DNA from: a virus
DNA length: 6,152 nt
IMG/VR virus record: IMGVR_UViG_3300045988_001503
Coordinates: 1-6,152 of that record
Reading direction: 5' to 3' (one strand)
Part shown: one piece after another, positions 3,592 through 6,152 of the stretch
Position numbering within the stretch: the first letter of the stretch is position 1
Layout of the letters: each line of letters opens with the position of its first letter
The notes under the pieces: model-generated
Told to the model about the DNA's origin: nothing
The model's input: only the letters and a program-made list of their open reading frames with translations
Databases searched by the model: none
Program-made: the position numbers and the translations under genes

Positions 3592-5271
3592 ATGAATTAT
3601 TCTCCCGATTTGATTAAGGCTGTTGATCATTGTCAGCATCGTTCTTTTATCACAAATAGATATAATGGCGCCCGCATTGCTGTAGATTGCGGTCAATGTG
3701 ATTATTGTATTCATAAGAAATCCCAAAAAGCGTCCATGCGTGTGAAGACCGCTGGAAGTGCTTTTAAGTATTCTTATTTCGTTACACTTACTTATGATAA
3801 TGAACATGTTCCTCTTATGGCTTGTAAGGTTTTACATAGTGATTATGATGACGCTCTAGGCATTTCGGGAGATATTCATTTTGGCCATGAATGTCATAAA
3901 TATATTCCTGTTTCTGAATATCAATGTGATGATGACTCCGTGCTGCGTCATATATTCTTCGAGCAAGTACAAGGTACAGTGCCGTTTGACCGTGAGATTA
4001 AGGAATATGCTCCTGTTAAGGATAATTGGTTTCTTAGTATGGCTGCTATTCGTAGTTTTATCTATAAGACGCAATCGGTTGACAAAACGGATTATCCCGT
4101 TTCTGAACAATATGGTCGTGATAACCTTATTCCCTTTTTGAACTATGCTGATGTTCAGAATTATATTAAAAGATTACGTAAATATTTATATAAACAGTTA
4201 GGTTCTTATGAAACGCTACATTTCTACGCTGTCGGTGAGTACGGCCCTGTGCATTTCCGTCCGCATTATCATATCTTATTATTCACGAACTCGGAAAAAG
4301 TCTCAAAGGTATTACGATACTGTCACGATAAGAGTTGGAAATTCGGTCGTTCAGATTTCCAGCTTGCCCGAGGTGGAGCTTCTTCGTACGTTTCGAGTTA
4401 CGTTAATAGCCTTAGTTCTACTCCCTTATTATATCGCTCATGCCGCGCGTTTAGACCCAAGTCGCGTGCGTCTGTCGGATTCTTTGAGAAAGGTTGCGAT
4501 TTCGTGGAAGGTGAAGAACCTTATGCGCAGATTGAGCAAAAAATCGATTCTGTCGTTAATGGAAGAGTCTATAACTTCAACGGTCTCAGTATTCGGTCAG
4601 CTCCACCCATGTCGTATATCCGTACCTTATTGCCCAGATTCTCGTCTGCTCGCAATGACGATAGTATTGCGATTGCTCGAATTCTTCGCGCTGTACACTC
4701 AACGCCAAAGAGAATTGCAAAATTTGGATTCATCGACTATAAACAGGACTCAGTCTTAAGTCTTGTTCGTACTTATTATCAATATCTCAAAGTTCAGAAT
4801 ATTCTTACAGATGATGATAAAATTATATTACATGCTTCTCGGTGTCTTACTAGGTTCTGCAACAGTTCTAGCGATGTCGATATTGAGTCTTATATTAATA
4901 AGCTGTATCGGCTGTTCCTATATGTCCATAAGTTCTTCCGTAACTGGCATTTGCCTTCCTTTGGCTGTAATATTGATTCTTATGCCGGTCGTATTATGTT
5001 TATCATTAAGACAGGTATAGAATATGAGAAGAAGAAGAATTATGAAGATTTGCGAAGTGTATATGGCCTTCGTTCCCAATACCCTGAACTCTCGGATTGT
5101 ATGTTCGTTCTACCTGCGAACGGCCAAGAGTCAGATGTCTTACAGTCTGTTTCACGTGAAACGTCTCAGCTCCTTGAGCAACTCCGGTACCGTAGTGCAA
5201 CATTCTGTCGTGATATGATTAAGCATAAGAAACTTAATGACGCTAATAATATTTTCAATCGTATGGTTTAA
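3592..5271 (+). CDS. VP4: Replication initiation protein VP4, an HUH rolling-circle endonuclease (phiX174 A analogue), 559 aa.
   Basis: RCR motif 1 is FVTLTYD (3778-3798). Motif 2 (HUH) is PHYHILLF, with HYH at 4264-4272. Motif 3 has the double tyrosine YVSSYVNS, with Tyr266 at 4387-4389 and Tyr270 at 4399-4401. The N-terminal Cys/His cluster HCQH...CGQCDYCIHKK is typical of gokusho/alpavirus Rep proteins. Confidence 0.92.
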   Translation: MNYSPDLIKAVDHCQHRSFITNRYNGARIAVDCGQCDYCIHKKSQKASMRVKTAGSAFKYSYFVTLTYDNEHVPLMACKVLHSDYDDALGISGDIHFGHECHKYIPVSEYQCDDDSVLRHIFFEQVQGTVPFDREIKEYAPVKDNWFLSMAAIRSFIYKTQSVDKTDYPVSEQYGRDNLIPFLNYADVQNYIKRLRKYLYKQLGSYETLHFYAVGEYGPVHFRPHYHILLFTNSEKVSKVLRYCHDKSWKFGRSDFQLARGGASSYVSSYVNSLSSTPLLYRSCRAFRPKSRASVGFFEKGCDFVEGEEPYAQIEQKIDSVVNGRVYNFNGLSIRSAPPMSYIRTLLPRFSSARNDDSIAIARILRAVHSTPKRIAKFGFIDYKQDSVLSLVRTYYQYLKVQNILTDDDKIILHASRCLTRFCNSSSDVDIESYINKLYRLFLYVHKFFRNWHLPSFGCNIDSYAGRIMFIIKTGIEYEKKKNYEDLRSVYGLRSQYPELSDCMFVLPANGQESDVLQSVSRETSQLLEQLRYRSATFCRDMIKHKKLNDANNIFNRMV

Positions 5272-5282
5272 TTTTAATTTTG
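5252..5282 (+). promoter_or_regulatory. Possible second Bacteroidetes-type promoter just upstream of VP1 (near-consensus).
   Basis: TAATTTTG at 5275-5282 fits TAnnTTTG. TTTC at 5252-5255 is one mismatch from TTTG, and the spacer is 19 nt. The implied transcript start would fall within a few nt of the VP1 ATG at 5289. The context is AT-rich, so a chance match is quite possible. Confidence 0.25.
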
Positions 5283-5288
5283 TTATTT

Positions 5289-6152
5289 ATGAGTGATTTT
5301 AATCCTTTAGATCGAGCGAAAATTCCTACCCATCGCTCTTCCTTCGACTTGTCTAGTAAAAAATTGTTTACAGCGAAAGTCGGAGAAATTTTACCTTGTT
5401 ATTGGCAGATTGCCATCCCTGATACTAAGTATCGTATTTCCTCCGACTGGTTTACCCGCACCGTTCCGGTTAATACGGCTGCTTATACCCGTATTAAGGA
5501 GTATTATGATTTCTACGCTGTGCCGCTGCGCCTGATTTCTCGTGCGCTTCCGCAGGCATTTACCCAGATGACGGATTATATGACTTCCGCTGCTTCTAAT
5601 TCTGCTAATACAGCACAGTTGACTAGTGTTCCTTATGCTCCTGTTGGTAATATTTCTGCCGAGATTCAAGCTCGTGTGGCTGCTAATACTGTTGACGATG
5701 CTGGCTTTGGCTTCGCCTATGGTTCTTGTAAATTATTGGATATGCTTGGTTATGGTTCATTTGTTGGTGCTGGTAACGCTAAGAAAAAAGAGATTACTAT
5801 GCAGTATCTTGGTCTTGACTCTGCTTCACTCTCTGACGCTCAGAATCCTCTTATTTATGGTACCAGCATTAATTTGAATCTTCTTCCTATTTTTGCCTAT
5901 CAGAAGGTTTATTTCGATTTCTATTCAAATTCCCAATGGGAAAAACATTTGGCTTATTCTTATAATGTAGACTATTGGGATGGTGAGAGTTCTATTGAGA
6001 TTTCCGCTGATATGATTAAGCTTCGCTATGCTAACTATCCTAAGGATTATTTTCTCGGTGTACTTCCTGCTTCTCAATATGGTTCGGTAGCTGTTTTACC
6101 TTCTCAGTCTTCTGCATTTGCTTCTAACCGTGTTGTGTTTAGTCCTAATGAG
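5289..6152 (+). CDS. VP1: Major capsid protein VP1 (phiX174 F analogue), N-terminal part. It continues through the circular junction into 78-953.
   Basis: The ATG at 5289 lies 17 nt after the VP4 stop, and the frame is open to the window end. My own translation gives MSDFNPLDRAKIPTHRSSFDLSSKKLFTAKVGEILPCYWQIAIPDTKYRISSDWFTRTVPVNTAAYTRIKEYYDFYAVPLRLISR ... LLPIFAYQKVYFDFYSNSQWEKH ... PKDYFLGVLPASQYG. These are blocks I recognise as conserved in gokusho/alpavirus-type VP1. The frame is the same as 3..953. The joined length is 1740 nt, or 579 aa. Confidence 0.9.
   Translation, partial: MSDFNPLDRAKIPTHRSSFDLSSKKLFTAKVGEILPCYWQIAIPDTKYRISSDWFTRTVPVNTAAYTRIKEYYDFYAVPLRLISRALPQAFTQMTDYMTSAASNSANTAQLTSVPYAPVGNISAEIQARVAANTVDDAGFGFAYGSCKLLDMLGYGSFVGAGNAKKKEITMQYLGLDSASLSDAQNPLIYGTSINLNLLPIFAYQKVYFDFYSNSQWEKHLAYSYNVDYWDGESSIEISADMIKLRYANYPKDYFLGVLPASQYGSVAVLPSQSSAFASNRVVFSPNE
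6076..6152. repeat. Terminal redundancy, copy 2 (same sequence as 1-77).
   Basis: Exact 77-nt match to the window start. Confidence 0.95.

Noticed and set aside
216-5669. Nine minus-strand ORFs of 65-127 aa (for example 216..539, 942..1271, 2039..2422, 3257..3538, 5391..5669).
   Set aside because: All lie antisense to well-supported genes, and their products are Ile/Arg/Asn-rich and low in complexity. No known Microviridae genome carries minus-strand genes, because the packaged + strand has the same sense as the mRNA.

Overview
The window is one complete, circularly permuted genome of a small ssDNA phage of the family Microviridae. By inference it is Alpavirinae-like, with a Bacteroidetes host. 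Bases 1-77 recur exactly at 6076-6152, so the real unit is a 6075-nt circle. The major capsid gene starts at 5289, runs off the right end and finishes at 953. All credible genes are on the + strand. In order they are: VP1 major capsid (579 aa when joined), a 150-aa acidic protein (possible internal scaffold), and VP2 pilot/minor capsid (362 aa). A 504-nt noncoding gap follows. Then come three overlapping small genes: a 66-aa unknown, a 27-aa single-TM peptide and a 102-aa M15-family zinc peptidase, together a candidate lysis cassette. Last is the HUH rolling-circle Rep VP4 (559 aa). The most unusual element lies in the noncoding gap. It is a roughly 230-nt GC-rich module (about 56-59 % GC by hand count, against about 23 % in the upstream flank). 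It consists of three strong hairpins enclosed by a long-range 13-bp stem and has no convincing ORF. Downstream of it are a perfect 8-bp hairpin, an A10 tract and a near-consensus Bacteroides-type promoter (TTTG-N20-TATATTTG). I saw no tRNA, rRNA, CRISPR array, integrase or transposase. All homology statements rest on motif recognition by eye, not on database searches.
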